From Cycas panzhihuaensis (Eukaryota > Plantae > Cycadophyta): a stretch of 64,000 bases of DNA. Made by a program: the position numbers and the translations under genes. Numbering within the stretch: the stretch's first letter is position 1; every line of letters begins with the position of its first letter. The notes under the pieces are model-generated. The model had not been told where the DNA came from and made no database searches. It worked only from the letters and a program-made list of their open reading frames with translations. Of this stretch, positions 13,890 to 27,420 are shown piece by piece. The DNA lies in NCBI GenBank assembly GCA_023213395.1, contig CM041465.1, positions 188,301,741 to 188,365,740 on the forward strand. The letters are read 5' to 3'.

Positions 13890-16800
13890 TGTAAATGTAG
13901 TAGACCATGCATCAAGTACCACCTTCATAACTAGTTTTGTATATCAACATGTAGAAGTAGAAAGAACAAAAGAGAGTTTACACAGTAAAACTCATTTGAA
14001 TTAAAAAACCCCTTAATGAGGTGACTTAATTCTTTGTTTAAACCATATGATGATCAAGTACAAGAAATGGGAGAATTTATATAAGCGACATGCATCCATT
14101 CAAAAGTTTCTTGTCTTTTGATATCTCCCACTAATTATTCAAACTAGTGCTTAATCCTAGTTTAATGACTAATTGCTAAGATTAACTAGGGGTTGCAAGC
14201 AATGCAAGAAGTCCACCCCCTCACCACCTCCCTATCCCCCCACCTCTTTGAGATGATTTACCCTTAAAGAATGGGAAAGTAAGGGAGCTTGTGGAAGATG
14301 TCCTCATTTTCCTAGGTAGAATCATTGGGTAGAAGTGAATGCAATTAATTAGGTACTCCCTTATTATCCTTCATCACAAGTGTTTGGTGCCACTATCACA
14401 GATTGCTTTTGAGTTTAGAATAAGTTGGATTTGTTCATTGAGTATAAGTAACTCTGTTTAAGGCACAACCTAGGATCTAATTTTGGGTTTGAGATTAGAG
14501 GCATAAAAAACATTATAAATTCAAGCACCTGGCATTTCCAGAGCATAAGCAATAGAACCAACCCATTACAAAACTTGAAATGGCCTATAGAATTGAGGAG
14601 TAAGATTTTATTTTTGGAGGTCTTAAGTGATGACTACTTATAAGGTTATAAACAAATAAAGACCCAATCACCAACATTAAATTCTCTTTTAAAATAGTGG
14701 TTATCAACTTGTTGCTTCATATGGTTTTAAACCAACTAGATGTTATCTTTAAGAGCTTGAAGAATGTCTGACATTTACTTTTGGATTTGTTTGGCTATTA
14801 GTGCTTTGGTTATTTTTTGGAAGAAGGAATTGATATCTAGTATTGGATAACCAGAAAGTGCCTAGAAGGAGGACATCTTGATTATTGAATACTATGAAGT
14901 GTTGTGCCAATACTTGACCAAATGTACCCATTATACCCATTGGGATTGTTTGTCTCATACAAAGCAATATAAATATCTTTCAAGATATTTATTAATAACT
15001 TTAGTTTCACCATCTATTTATGGATGGCAAGCTGTACTCATATACAATTCAGTGTCTACCAATTGAAACAATTCAGACCAAAATTTACTTGTGAACTTTG
15101 GGTCTTGATCATTGACAATTATTTGAGGGAACCCATGGAGATGATGCAATGACTTTGTGAAAAAGTTGGCAACTTGAGGTGCAGATGTTGTACTATATAG
15201 TGGAATAAAATGTGTATATTTTGTTAGGTAATCTACAACAACCAAAATAACATCTTTACTTATAGATTTAGGTAGCCTCGCAATAAAATCCATACCAATA
15301 TCTATCCACTTATGATTTAGGATTGGTGATGATTAAAGTAGACCAGGTAGTTTTATTATTTCTGCCTTTTATCTTTGGAAAATACCACAAGATGCAATGA
15401 AGTGTTGAATATCAATTTTTTGCCCTATTTAGTAAAATGATCTTCTTATGTGGTCATAGATTTTGTAAAAACCAAAATATCCAAAGGATGGAATGATATG
15501 TCCTTTCTTAAGGATGGTACTTTTTAGTATCAAAAGGTTATGATAGGTAGATTTAGTCTTTGTATAACAATGTATGTCCATGCAGTGACTAACTTGATGG
15601 AGCTTTTCCCTGGTGGCAACCTTATATCCTAGCTTTGGTTCTAGGGTCACTATCATATTTAGAATGCAATTGATCAATCCAAACAAGAAGTGCTATGGAA
15701 ATAACATTGCTTGATTATGCTTTATATTTCTTAGATAAGATATTAGCCTCCATGTTATCTTTTCCCTTCTTATTTATGATGTCAAAATTAAAATCTTAAA
15801 CTTTTGAGAGCTATATTTGTTGTAATTTAGATAAGGCATACTATTGAAGGAGGTACTTAAGGATGTGATGGTCATTATGCACTATGAATTTACTATCAAA
15901 GAGGTATTGATGCCATTTTTCCAAGACATGGAGAATAACTAATAATTCTTTGTTATAAATTGAGTAAGACTACTCTTAAAGATTTTTTTTTTTGCTTTTA
16001 AATGCTATGGGTTGTTTGTCTTACATGAGAATGGCACTAATGTAATATCTAGATGTATCATAATGTAGTTCAAATGGTTTGGTAAAATTAAGTATTGCTA
16101 ATGCAGGGGTGGAAGTAATTGCTACTTTTAGGTGTGAAAGGCTTATTCAACCACTTCTAATTAATGAAAGTCATTCATCTTACAAAGATTAGTAAGTGGG
16201 GTAATAATGATGAGTAGTGCTAAATATATCACCTATAAAGACTAGTAAGTCCCAAAAATCCTCAAAGAGTAGTGGCTAAGGTAGGTGTTGGATAATATAA
16301 GATGGCTTGAATTTTATTGGGGCCTATATGGACACCATGCATGGAAATAATATGACCTAAATATCTTAGTTTTTTTTGGCCAAAATGGCACATGTCTTGC
16401 TTAGGGAACAACTTATTTTAACTCAAGGTTCCTTATACCTTATCTATTGGATTGAGATATTATTGCTAATATTTGTTATAGACTAAAATGTCTTAAAAAA
16501 AACCATGGTAAACTTATGAAAAAAGGGAGTCAATACTTTATTCATTGTGGCCTAGAACATTGTTGGGGGATTCGTGAAGTCAAAAGATATGAATTTAAAT
16601 TTATATAGTCCTTCATAAGTTTTGAAAGTTATTTTTGTATAATTGATTATTTTGATAGGGATTTGATAATACTAAGATTACGATCAAATTTTTAAACAGA
16701 ATGTTGCACTATGAAGTTTGTCAATGAAATCATCCATTCTTGGAATAGGATATTTTTTAAATTGTGATTGAATTTAGTGTCTAATAATTAACATAAAGAT

Positions 16801-16897
16801 GGAAGGACCTATTTTTTAATAAACCAAAATAACCAAAGTTATATAATGCCTTTTATTATAGGTGATAGACCTAAGTTATAGAAGGTTGTTGGTAAGT

Positions 16898-16943
16898 CAT
16901 TTGATCTTTGTCCTTTATCTCATTTGATCTTTGTCCTTTATCT
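16898..16943. repeat. Perfect 23-bp tandem duplication
   Basis: CATTTGATCTTTGTCCTTTATCT x2. Confidence 0.95.
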
Positions 16944-17064
16944 ATGGCTATGCCTATAGGGGCAAACTAAAACAAGACTTTGTTCTAGTTTAATCTTAAT
17001 AATATGTTGCATATTACGATTAGGTAGGAGTCCAGTTGGAAAAGGTTGGAAAATTGGTTCATGT

Positions 17065-17497
17065 TATTACAGGAGGTTTTTGAGGTTATGAGTTTTGTCT
17101 AGTTTGAGATGTTCCTTTGGAATCTATGCCTCCATGGAGAAAATATGGATGATGCATCCTGCATGCCCTTTATAGATTAATTTATCTATTTTTGATGTGG
17201 ATATGACTTTAGGATTTAGTGTAAAGATTCCAAAGACCTAATGTAGTCTTCCATCCCAATGGAACTAAATAAAGTTTTGATCATGGTTTAGTGCATAAGT
17301 CCCTAGCTTCTTCAGCCATTTGACTCCTAGTATAATATCCAAAGTTTTGATAGGAAAATCATAATAGCTAGTGTAAAAGGAGAGGGTGTTAATTTAGAGT
17401 TCTGAATTAGGGAGTTCCCTATCACAACTAATTTTTCTTTCACATGGTACTTTAATATAGAAGATTTTGGACCTATCAATAAATATACCTAAGTAAA
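17065..17497 (+). repeat. 433-bp direct repeat, copy 1 (left flank of the 17498-20851 element)
   Basis: Collinear with 20852-21284; the offset is 3787 at both ends. Confidence 0.95.
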
Positions 17498-20400
17498 TGT
17501 AGCGAGCCAAAAATAATACAATAGATAGAAGCTCTTTTCAATAATGAATATGTATTCAAAGCAGCTCACAACATTTCATAGCAATAAATTTCATATGTCA
17601 CAATAGATAATTATAATAGTACAACCTCATAAATAGAGATAATAGTAGCATATGTGAATAATAATAAATAATATGAATAGAATGATAACACCTGATAAAA
17701 TATCTAGCAGCTTGATCAACCCTCTTCGATGTGAGAGTGACCCTCCAAATAGGCACTAGGCCCTAATTGCATGAGGCCATTATCCCTTCATAATAGAAAA
17801 TCTCCAAGATGATTTTAAAATGAGGGAGGCTCTATATTTATAGCCTTCAAACCCAACTTCTTACTTTTCCCTCCAAAAAATTGACTTCATAATAAAATAA
17901 ACTAAAATAAAATAAAATAAAATAAAATAAAATAAATAATTCTTCTTTTAATTCTTTTCTAAAACCTAACTTCATCATATTAAGTGAAACTGACTTCTTC
18001 AATATTTTGGGAATGCTATAATTCCCCTCCCTTTAAAATGATACTTCACCCTTGAAGTATCAAAAATTTCTTATAGCTTGATCTAATCTTTCAACCACCA
18101 CCTATTATATCCTGTAGGTCATAAAGATTTGGCTAGATCTCGTGTCTTTTATGGGGCTTTGCTATCAAGTATCTTGAATTTATCGATGTTTATTCTTAGG
18201 ACTAGGTAGATGCTATGTCTTATTCTGAATCAAAAGGATCTTAAGACCTATGAGGTACCTCAGATGACTTGTCCTAGTCTTGCCTTGCATTTGCATATTT
18301 TATTTCTAAATGGGATGGATTTTGGGAAAAGATGTAAAGACTTTGGGAAAAGAATTGACCGTGAGGGTCATGGATAGATGATTTCCTATTATGAAAAAAT
18401 ATAAAGGAAGAATTGTGAACTGTGATCAAGCATAACTTTGAAGGTATAGAAAGAAAGGATAAATTTTGGAATATGTCTTGGATGGAGATAAAAGTTTGTG
18501 TAAGTTTTGTTGGACCACAACACTTTTTAGAAGAGAAGGATAGATGGGAAATTGGTGATAGATGTTCTTTATGAAAAAAATGATTTAATAGGTTGTTAGG
18601 AATGGTATTTAGACAAAAGGAAAGATTTAATAGAAAAAAATAATATTAATGATATGAAATTGAAGGGGTTTGGGAAAAGTCAAATAGGGTTTTGTAAGGG
18701 GTAATACTAAGAGATGAAACCTGATGAATAGATTGAAATTGTAACATATCCCATTGAGAAAGTCCTATAGAGGGTGAAGGAGTAGGTGAGTATAGAGATG
18801 AACCAGGGTTATAGAGGGAATTAGAATTTGAACTACAAAAAAACTAAAGTTAAGGGGATTAAGAGCATGGCTAACCATGGGTTGAGGAGAAAATGGCTTT
18901 TGTATTACTATTGAACTAAGGAAAGAGAGAGGACATATAAAACTACTAAACAAAATATACATGTGTAATGTAGGAAACGAGCTTTGCATGAAATTTATTG
19001 AGAAAAATATGCTTGTTCTTCATTGTCTTCATACTACTCCTATGTAACTTCACTTTGGATTTCCTCTCTAATATTGAAATGAGACTCTTTTATTACTTGT
19101 GCCTGCTTCGAGTTTTCTATGTCATCATATTATTTTCTCTATGATATATCTTGTTCTAGCTCTTGAAAAATCTCTAAGATTTCTTCATTAACAATGTCTT
19201 CTTCTTGTCCTTCCTCATCTACTTGAATCTCACCCTGCTTATATTTCTTAAAAGCTATGGTGGCCACCTCTGAAAACTAGTACCATAGAAAAGGTTATTT
19301 AGCCCAGTTAATGAACCACTCATAAGCTCGTCCATTCAATATCATTCCTAATAATGACCCATATTCTTCCATTTCTGTATTAGACGTAAACTCATAGTCT
19401 TCTATCCATTTTTTTTGTCTTCATAATCCTCTAAATTAAAAAAGTCTATCTCCATTTTTCCTCAATAAAGGCTACACTTAGATGATTAAAATCTATGTTC
19501 TCTATCTATTAAAACTATTACATATGACCACTTGTATCAAACATCTTTGCATAAATTTTTCCTTAAATTCCTACATTAATTCTTAGCCCGTAAAGATTCC
19601 TCTGGGCACACTTCATTCTATTTTTTTTTGCTTCATTGTGTGGGAAAGACTCTACGTGCCTATCACTATTTGGCACTTGTAAATAACACACTCTACCATC
19701 AAAACTGTGGTCTTGAGATTCCTCCAAATGGAATCGCCCCTTCTAGAAATCGATAATGGCTTCTAGATTCTTTGGTTAGGCACTGACATTCTCACTTTCA
19801 TAGCTGGATTACGATTGTCTCTTACCTTCTCTCGACTGCCAGATGACATGTGATTACCCCAATATTTAGAAGTGTGTGTTTGACCCTTTTTGTCATTGGT
19901 GTCTGTTCGTGTAATCATCAAACTTTACACAAATCTGTCATTACATTTATTGATTTTTTAAAAAATGATGGCATACCCTTACCTACTAATATCACTACTC
20001 TATGGATGCCTGCTTATATGCTATGGTGGATATGTTTGTGATCTATGTTATTGACCTCTTTGTAACTATGATGGGTGCACGATATTTGATTTTGTATATG
20101 GTGTTAGTTGCTCCTCTTAATCCTCGATGGATGTTTTCTATATTCTCTTCCTTAAAGGCTTAGAGTTGACTAGCTCTTGCTAGCGACATCCTGGATTCCA
20201 CTTGTATAAAATATGCATATTTCTCCACAAAGATGTGATGAATGCTCTTCCACTAGTAATGTACACTATGATTTTCTAAGATAGATTTAGTAAGATGACT
20301 TAGCTCTAATTTTCTTATTCAATCCTACTTTCACTTCTCACGTGGCTCTGATATCAATTGTAGTAGGCCAAAAATAGTTCAACAAATGGAAGCTCTTTCT

Positions 20401-20851
20401 AATAATAAATATGTATTCAAAATAGCTCACAACATTTCGTAGCAATAAATTTCATATGTCATAGTAGATAATTGTAGCAGTACAACCTCATAAATAGAGA
20501 TAATAGTAGCATATGTGAATAATAATAAATAATATAAACAGAATGATAGTACTTGATAAAATATCTAATGGTTTGATGAACCCTCTTTAAGGTGAGAGTG
20601 ACCCTCCAAATAAGCACAAGGCCCTAATGGCGTGAGGCCGTTATCCCTTCACAATAGAAAATCTCCAAGATGATTTCAAAATGAGGGAGGCTCTATATTT
20701 ATAGCCTTCAAACCCAACTTCTTACTTTTCCCTCCAAAAAATTGACTTTATAATAAAATAAAATAAATAATTCTTCTTTTAATTCTTTTCTAAAAATTGA
20801 CTTTATCATATTAAGTAAAATTGACATCTTCAATATTTTAGGAATGCTACA
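17498..20851 (-). mobile_element. Non-autonomous Gypsy-type LTR element with gag-like relic and no pol (TR-GAG-like)
   Basis: LTRs 17498-18020 and 20359-20851 (TGTAG..CTA(C/T)A, ~90% identical by eye), PBS rc GCTCTGATATCA 20345-20356, PPT rc ATTCCCCTCCCTTT 18021-18034, 2.3-kb interior with gag-like patches. Confidence 0.85.
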
Positions 20852-21284
20852 TATTATAAGAGGTTTTTAAGGTCATGAGTTTGGTCTGGTTTAAGATGTT
20901 CTTTTAGAGTCTATGCCTCCATGGAGAAAAGATGGACGATGCATCCTACATGCCCTTTATGGATCAATTTATCCATTTTTGATGTGGATATGACTTTAGA
21001 ATTTATTGTAAAGATTCCAAAGAACTGATGTAGTCTTCCATATTAATGGAATTGAATAAAGTTTTGATCATGGTTTAGTATAGAAGTCCCTAGCTTCCTA
21101 AGCCATTTAACTCCTAGTATAATATCCAAAATTTTCATGGGAAAAGTATAATAACTAGTGTAAAAGGAGAGGGTATCAATCTAGAGTTCTAAATTAGGGA
21201 GTTCCTTATCCCAACTAATTTTTATTTCATATGGTACTGTAATACAAAATATTTTTGACCTATCAATAAATATACCTAAGTAAA
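20852..21284 (+). repeat. 433-bp direct repeat, copy 2 (right flank)
   Basis: 16 mismatches in the first ~126 bp versus 17065 onward (hand count), mostly transitions. Confidence 0.95.
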
Positions 21285-22639
21285 TGGCTATCTACACCCA
21301 TTAAACCCTATATACAATAATTTATACATCGAGGAAAGGCCATGACACTACAAGCCCCCTATTGTGTGATGAAGTAATCCTCGCTTGATTTAGTATAGTC
21401 CTCCATGGGACCCTTATTTCCCCTATATGATTTGTCACTACTCCATCAAGACCATCTATCTAGAGCCATTATTGAATGCATGGATACCCATAAAGAAGGG
21501 ATACTCCCGTCTGTATAAAAAATTTCCATCTGTAAGGATGTCTACGCCCTACATCATATTATGTAGTTACGACCTACCTCTATCGAGCTAAATCGACTTG
21601 CAGTGTGTCATCCTTCATATTGACAATGCATGACACCCTCTACATTTATGCATGCCTCTTGAAAAGCTTAATCACTGTGTGCAGGTGAAGCTTGATCTAC
21701 AAGTAATGTCTCTCGGCTAACTATTAATCCCCTTGTGCCAATGATTATGCCCTTTGTATGTCCTTACTCACTGTGAATACATTATGTAACTTGCCTAAGC
21801 TCATTAATTCAAGTGTGAGGTGAAAATTCAAAGAATTCAAAGAGATCTCATTGATTTTATAGTGAATTTATTACCCCTATTATGTGATTAATGCCTTTAT
21901 GTCTTCATATTTTCTAACATTAGAGTATATTTTTCTTATAAAGTTTTTATTTAATTTAATTAGATTGGAATCTTATTTGAGGTCTATAAGCCCCTTATTT
22001 GCTAGCAATCAATCATATACAACCTTAATGTGACTAGGGAATACACTACATAAGGGTCTAAAAGCCCACTCCAATTTAGCTTGTCACTCGTAAGGAGGTC
22101 TTTGTACTATTTTTGCAATATCTTCTCAATTAGGTATTCATTTATTAAATTGTCTAAACCATTGGAATCCTAACTTAGAGCTCTACATATTGGACTAATA
22201 TTTAGTTGATTTTAGGTATATTTTAAGCTATCTAAATCCCCTTATTTTACCTCTTATTATTTATTCATTTAAAGCTATTTTTTCATCAATTAAAGGTTTT
22301 AAATATACTTTAAAATGGGATATTATAGCTACTAGCATTTCTTCATCGCTTAAGAAGTATTTTTTACTCATTTTCTAAGCTAACATATGTGATGATTTAT
22401 GGTTGTAGGTTCTCTTCTTATGTGAGGAAGGTTACTTTTCACCTTTTAGAAATGACCACTTCCTAATTGAGCACTCTAAACCCTTTCTTTTGTATTTTTT
22501 GCTACTTTTGTTTATTCATGTCTCTTATTTTTAATAATTAAAATTCACTATTATTGTCTTTATATAAGACCACATTAAAAAGGAATTTTAATTGCTATTA
22601 AAAACTCTTGAATTGAATTGCTAGACTACTAATCCTATA

Positions 22640-23020
22640 AGGGGAAGAATTAGGACCCCTGAAGTTAATCACTCCTACACACATAAGTTGTATTTACCTA
22701 GATAAGTAAGCTAGGGAATAACTTGATATGAAGTATACTAAGTGATGGATTGAGGTGTTAAAACCTCCCTTTGGTGTTTAGAGACTAGGCTAGGCTTGCA
22801 AGGGGTAAGTGCCTTGGTTGTAGTCCTTTGCTAGATCCATCACTTAGTATAAATCTGGTGTAGGTGGGCAAATAGTATCAGGGGGGGTAGCCAGCCTTGT
22901 ATACTTATGTATCGAGATATATTGAGTATAACTTACTCATATATCAATGTATATAGAGTCCTTAAACTGCCATCTATGGGTAGGTTCCCCTAGACAGAAT
23001 AACAACCAAGGGCTTCCTTA
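22640..23020 (+). promoter_or_regulatory. Putative structured cis-acting RNA domain in the Copia-C leader
   Basis: Perfect 17-bp inverted repeat 22734-22750/22835-22851 plus several hairpins, ending ~60 nt before gag; homologous domain at 44163-44545. Confidence 0.6.
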
Positions 23021-23076
23021 GAGACATTGAAACTTTAGAACTCTACCTTAATAGCTTATTAGGCAGAGAATACATA

Positions 23077-24340
23077 ATAGTAGCTCAAATATTAATTTCA
23101 AATACAATTAAACTATTAGGAATTGATAATTTTTTGGCTTAGAAGAAATAAGTCAAATACCTCTTAATCATAGATGATTTTTAGGCTTGCGTATCTAGAG
23201 ACATACCCAAGCCTATCCTATATATGATCTAAACAACCCAAATAATGTGATCCCTCTAGACCTTATTACCCTTACTACCTTAAGAGCTAAAGATAATGTA
23301 GTTCTATTTTTCATTTACTTAGCTATGGACGATAATATGGACCAAAACATTGAAATGATAAATACCTCTCATAAAGCTTAGAATATTATATGTTCCTTCT
23401 CTGAGTAGAAGGATGACTCTAGAGTGATTATGCTAAAAGCACACTTATATGCTATAGCTTTTATTGGTTCTATCCCCTCATATATGACCAAAGTCAAGTC
23501 TATTAGGAACTAACTTAATACTCTTGGAGCTTGTCCTTCTAACTATGACCTTTTTGTCTGTGTCATAAATGTCCTTCCCTTTATATGCAATAGTTTATCT
23601 TTTATCTATCCAATGAATTTTCCACTGTAGGCTTCAATACCTTAGAAGGACAATTGTTAAAGGAAGAAGGCATCCTGAGCTATCAAGGAGCAACATACTC
23701 TTCTAACTTTGTTCCTACATTTGTATCTAAGAATGGTAAGATAAATTAGTCTCAATAGCAACCTCTTACCCAATAGTTTAGTTCAATGAATTTAAACCAA
23801 CCACCACAACAAATAAGAAACCAATAGGAGAGATAGAATGTTACCTACTTATATTGTGGAAAACCTAGGCATGTGATTATAGAATGCAGAAAAAGAAAAT
23901 CTGATCTACAACTTGTATAAAATGCAACTAGATAATAAGGAGGCCCATATCAATAATATAATAGAGGTTGTAGTTATGGTAATAAATAACAACAAAATAA
24001 TCAACCTAAGAATCATAATTAGGAAAATGATAGGAATTTCTAACAAGGAGGCCATGTGGCTAATTCCAAAGTTGATTCCCAGTACCTGTTCTTTGATGCA
24101 CTCTCTTCTCATCATGTTAATAATTCTTGGTTAATAGATTTTAGTGTTACACATCACATGACAGGCACTAAAGAGCTCCTGAAAGACATCACACCTACTT
24201 AGGCATATATAGTTACACTTGGTGATGATATTATATATGATGTGGCTAAGGCTAGGAAAGCTCCTATAGCCCTAAAAAATTTAAATATTCATCATCATAT
24301 AAGCAATGCCCTTTATGTGCTTGGTACAAATTAGAACCTA

Positions 24341-24381
<41 letters not shown>

Positions 24382-26526
24382 AGTTAGATTGATAAGCAAA
24401 ACTTTGAAGTACTCTTTAGCCATGGAACATGCACTATTTTTAACCAATGAGCTAGTCAAGTAGTAGTAACAGGACATGAAGATAATGGACTCTATAAACT
24501 CAGTGGTGTCTTACTTTATACTACACATAATTAGAGCTTATGTGCCACAATGCAATCTAAGCAAGTAGATAAGGGTACGCAAATTATTACAAAAGACCCA
24601 CCTATTGATATGTAGGAAGAATCCTCTCACAATCATGAGTAGCCTACTCAAAAGTGTACTAAGGAGTAAATATGACATCAATGCCTCAGTCATCTAAATA
24701 TACATAGTCTTAATATCATGTTTAGACTTTAAATGTACATGAGTTACTAAGGATCAAATAGAATAAATATTTCTTTAAAGCTTGTATTATTGGCAAATGA
24801 CACAAGGATCCTTTTTAATCTAAGAAAGTTTGGCGTGTAATTGAACCATTGGGATTGGTTAACTTAGAAATTTGTGGATCTATGTCAATTCCTTCACTCA
24901 ATGGTAGTTTGTACTTTATCACTTTTACTGATCATTATTCTCAAAATGTTTGGGTTTATTTTCTAAAGAATAAGTTTGAAGCCTTTGACAAATTTAGGAA
25001 CTTCAAAGTTAAAGTGGAAAATGAATCCTATGTAATAATCAAGATCTTTTATATAGATAATGGGGGTAAATACACATCAAATCAATTCACTATAATTTGT
25101 AAAGAACATGGCATTAAATACCAATTATCAACTCCTTGAACTCCTCAATAAAATAAACTTGCTGAATGTATAAATCAAATATTGGTGAACAAGGCTAAAG
25201 TAATGGTCAAATCTATAAACCTTGATAATACATTTTGGGTTGAAGCTATTCATACTACTACATACCTGACAAATAAGATCTCAACTTTAGTAGTCAGAAA
25301 TATAACATCTAAAGAGGCTTAGTTAGGATAAAAGCCTAGTATCTCACACCTTAGAATATGTGGATGTACTGCCTATAAGTTCATTGCAAAAGAAAATAGA
25401 AAGAAAATTGATGATAAAAGCTTGAAGTATATTTTTATAAGCTACACACCTAGGTATAAAGCTTATAAGGTGTATGACCTTGTTAGAAGATAGGCATACT
25501 CATCTTTAGATGTTATATTTTCCAAAGATAATCAAACTTGGATCAATCTCAACTATAATTTTTGATAGATGATGGTATTACTATTTCAGAAGCTCCTCTT
25601 ACACAAATTATGGATCCTTCTGTTCCTTCAACTTTATATACTCAAAGTTTATCATTTGCTCCTGATGCATCTCTATCTACTTCTATAACAACCTCTACAT
25701 TTCCATGTCCATCTTTAGATAACATTCATGTTAAAGCTAAAAGTATTAAGAAACCTCTTAAGTGGTATTTGCAGGCTATGAAAGATGCACCATCACCTCT
25801 TGTAATACTAAAAAGACAATCAAAGTTAAGGAATATAACAAAATTTGCCTTAATGGCACAAGTTCTCAATGCTCTCGAGCCTTCCACCTTTGAGGAGGTA
25901 GTCAAAGACTAAACATGGTAAGTGACTATAGATGAAGAAATGTATTCCATCCAAAAAAATGATACTTAGGAGCTTACTGAGTTCCCTCTTGGAAAGAAGC
26001 CAATTGATTGTCATTGGCTTTATAAAACTTAGTATCATGCTGATAGCTCTATTGAAAGACATAAAGTACATCTTATTGTAAAAGGTTTTAAATAATAAGA
26101 AGGTATTAACTATGATAAGTCCTTCATAGATGTTGTTAACATGATAATATTTTTGCCTAGTTATGCCACTAATAACTCAATTCAAATGGCTTATCTACTA
26201 GATGAATATAAATAGTGCTTTTCTCAATGGAGACCTCTTTGAAGAAGTTTACTTGAGAAAACCTCTTATCTATATTGTTCTTGGAAAAGAACATTTAGTT
26301 TGTAAGCTCAATAAAGCTTTATATGGACTCAAGCAGATACCTTATGTATGGTGTGCAAAGATTGTTGCTTTTTTCCTCAAGCATGGACTGAATCATTCAT
26401 CCTTTGATCTTGATTTATACATTTAGGTTTACAATAATCTAATCACCATTGTTTTTCTTCATGTTGATAATTTATCAATCATTAGAAATGATGATAAAGG
26501 GATTGTTCAAAATAGGGATCAAAATT
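23077..26526 (+). pseudogene. gag-pol: Copia-C gag-pol pseudogene
   Basis: Start decayed to ATA; zinc knuckle YCGKPRHVIIEC, protease SWLIDFSVTHHMTG, integrase ORF 24849-25139, RT NSAFLNGDL..KALYGLKQ and HVDNL (YVDD). Confidence 0.9.
24344..24379. repeat. (CT)n microsatellite expanded inside Copia-C pol
   Basis: Visible run at the NLLS motif; absent from the homologous site in Copia-D. Confidence 0.95.
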
Positions 26527-26781
26527 GCTCTAATACCATGTTAAAATAATGGATGTAATAATGATGAACTCATACATATGTACACATAGTGAATTAATCA
26601 AACATAACTATCAAACATCAAATATATAAAGTAAGCACCATAAGGTGGACACCAATATGTATACGTAGAAAACCCATTATGGGAAAAACCATAAGAGAAG
26701 GTGAAGTTAGGACTCTGCTTATGATCATAAGGTTTGCATGTCCAACTCTTTAACCTTTCTCTTTAAATTCTCAAGTGGTGA

Positions 26782-26970
<189 letters not shown>

Positions 26971-27194
26971 GTAAAAATCACCTCATGAGTAGCCTATCAA
27001 ATATAATGAGCCATTACATCATCCAATAAAGAGATAACATGGATACATGTGTATCTCACATATCTTGAAGTAGCTGAATGGTGAGAAGTGTATGTGTATA
27101 ATAAACCCACACTAAACATTATGTTTTAATAGCCCCCTATAATACTTGATGTCCTTGAATCTTGATATGAAGTCTTCAAGTCTTCATCTTCTAT

Positions 27195-27420
27195 ACTAGA
27201 ACTTGTAACCTGTAATGGTATCCTATATCATGTAATTGTATCATGTATCTAATATCACCTATAACTTGTAAATAACTTGTAACTGTATCTTATATCCTAT
27301 ATATAGTATCATCTGTAACTTGTAAAAAACTTGTAACTATAATTATATTTGTATCCTATTTATAACCTATAACTATATGCTTATATCTATTAAGCATTAA
27401 CCTATATAAAACCTACATAT
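27195..27420. repeat. Degenerate short tandem repeats upstream of the PPT of element F
   Basis: Recurring ACTTGTAA / CTGTAA / GTATC words. Confidence 0.6.

Larger units (their letters stand above)
14250..17497 (-). pseudogene. pol: Gypsy-1 pol pseudogene (PR C-half, RT, RNase H, integrase, chromodomain)
   Basis: LDIILGVKWLKKLG, PTGLLPNR, integrase MDFIARLPKS..VVVDYLTKYTHFIPL..IVNDQDPKFTSKFW, GPY/F-like FYRPFQVL, chromodomain REYLI..LPNDST*E. Confidence 0.9.
13890..21300 (-). mobile_element. Gypsy-1: chromovirus-type Ty3/Gypsy, 3' LTR plus pol, 5' part missing
   Basis: Putative 3' LTR ~13890-14235, PPT rc ~14235-14249, pol on the minus strand to 17497, interrupted by the 17498-20851 element; protease segment repeated at 20852-21284. 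Confidence 0.85.
21900..26526 (+). mobile_element. Copia-C: leader plus gag-pol, truncated within RT; same family as Copia-D
   Basis: Leader and coding region align with 43450-47600; no LTR found. The start may extend left to ~21300. Confidence 0.85.

Noticed and set aside
22776-22826. Group I intron R/S-like words (GTTTAGAGACTA..TAGTCC)
   Set aside because: No P/Q elements or P3 partner found; the segment folds more simply as one hairpin and the R-like word is altered in Copia-D.
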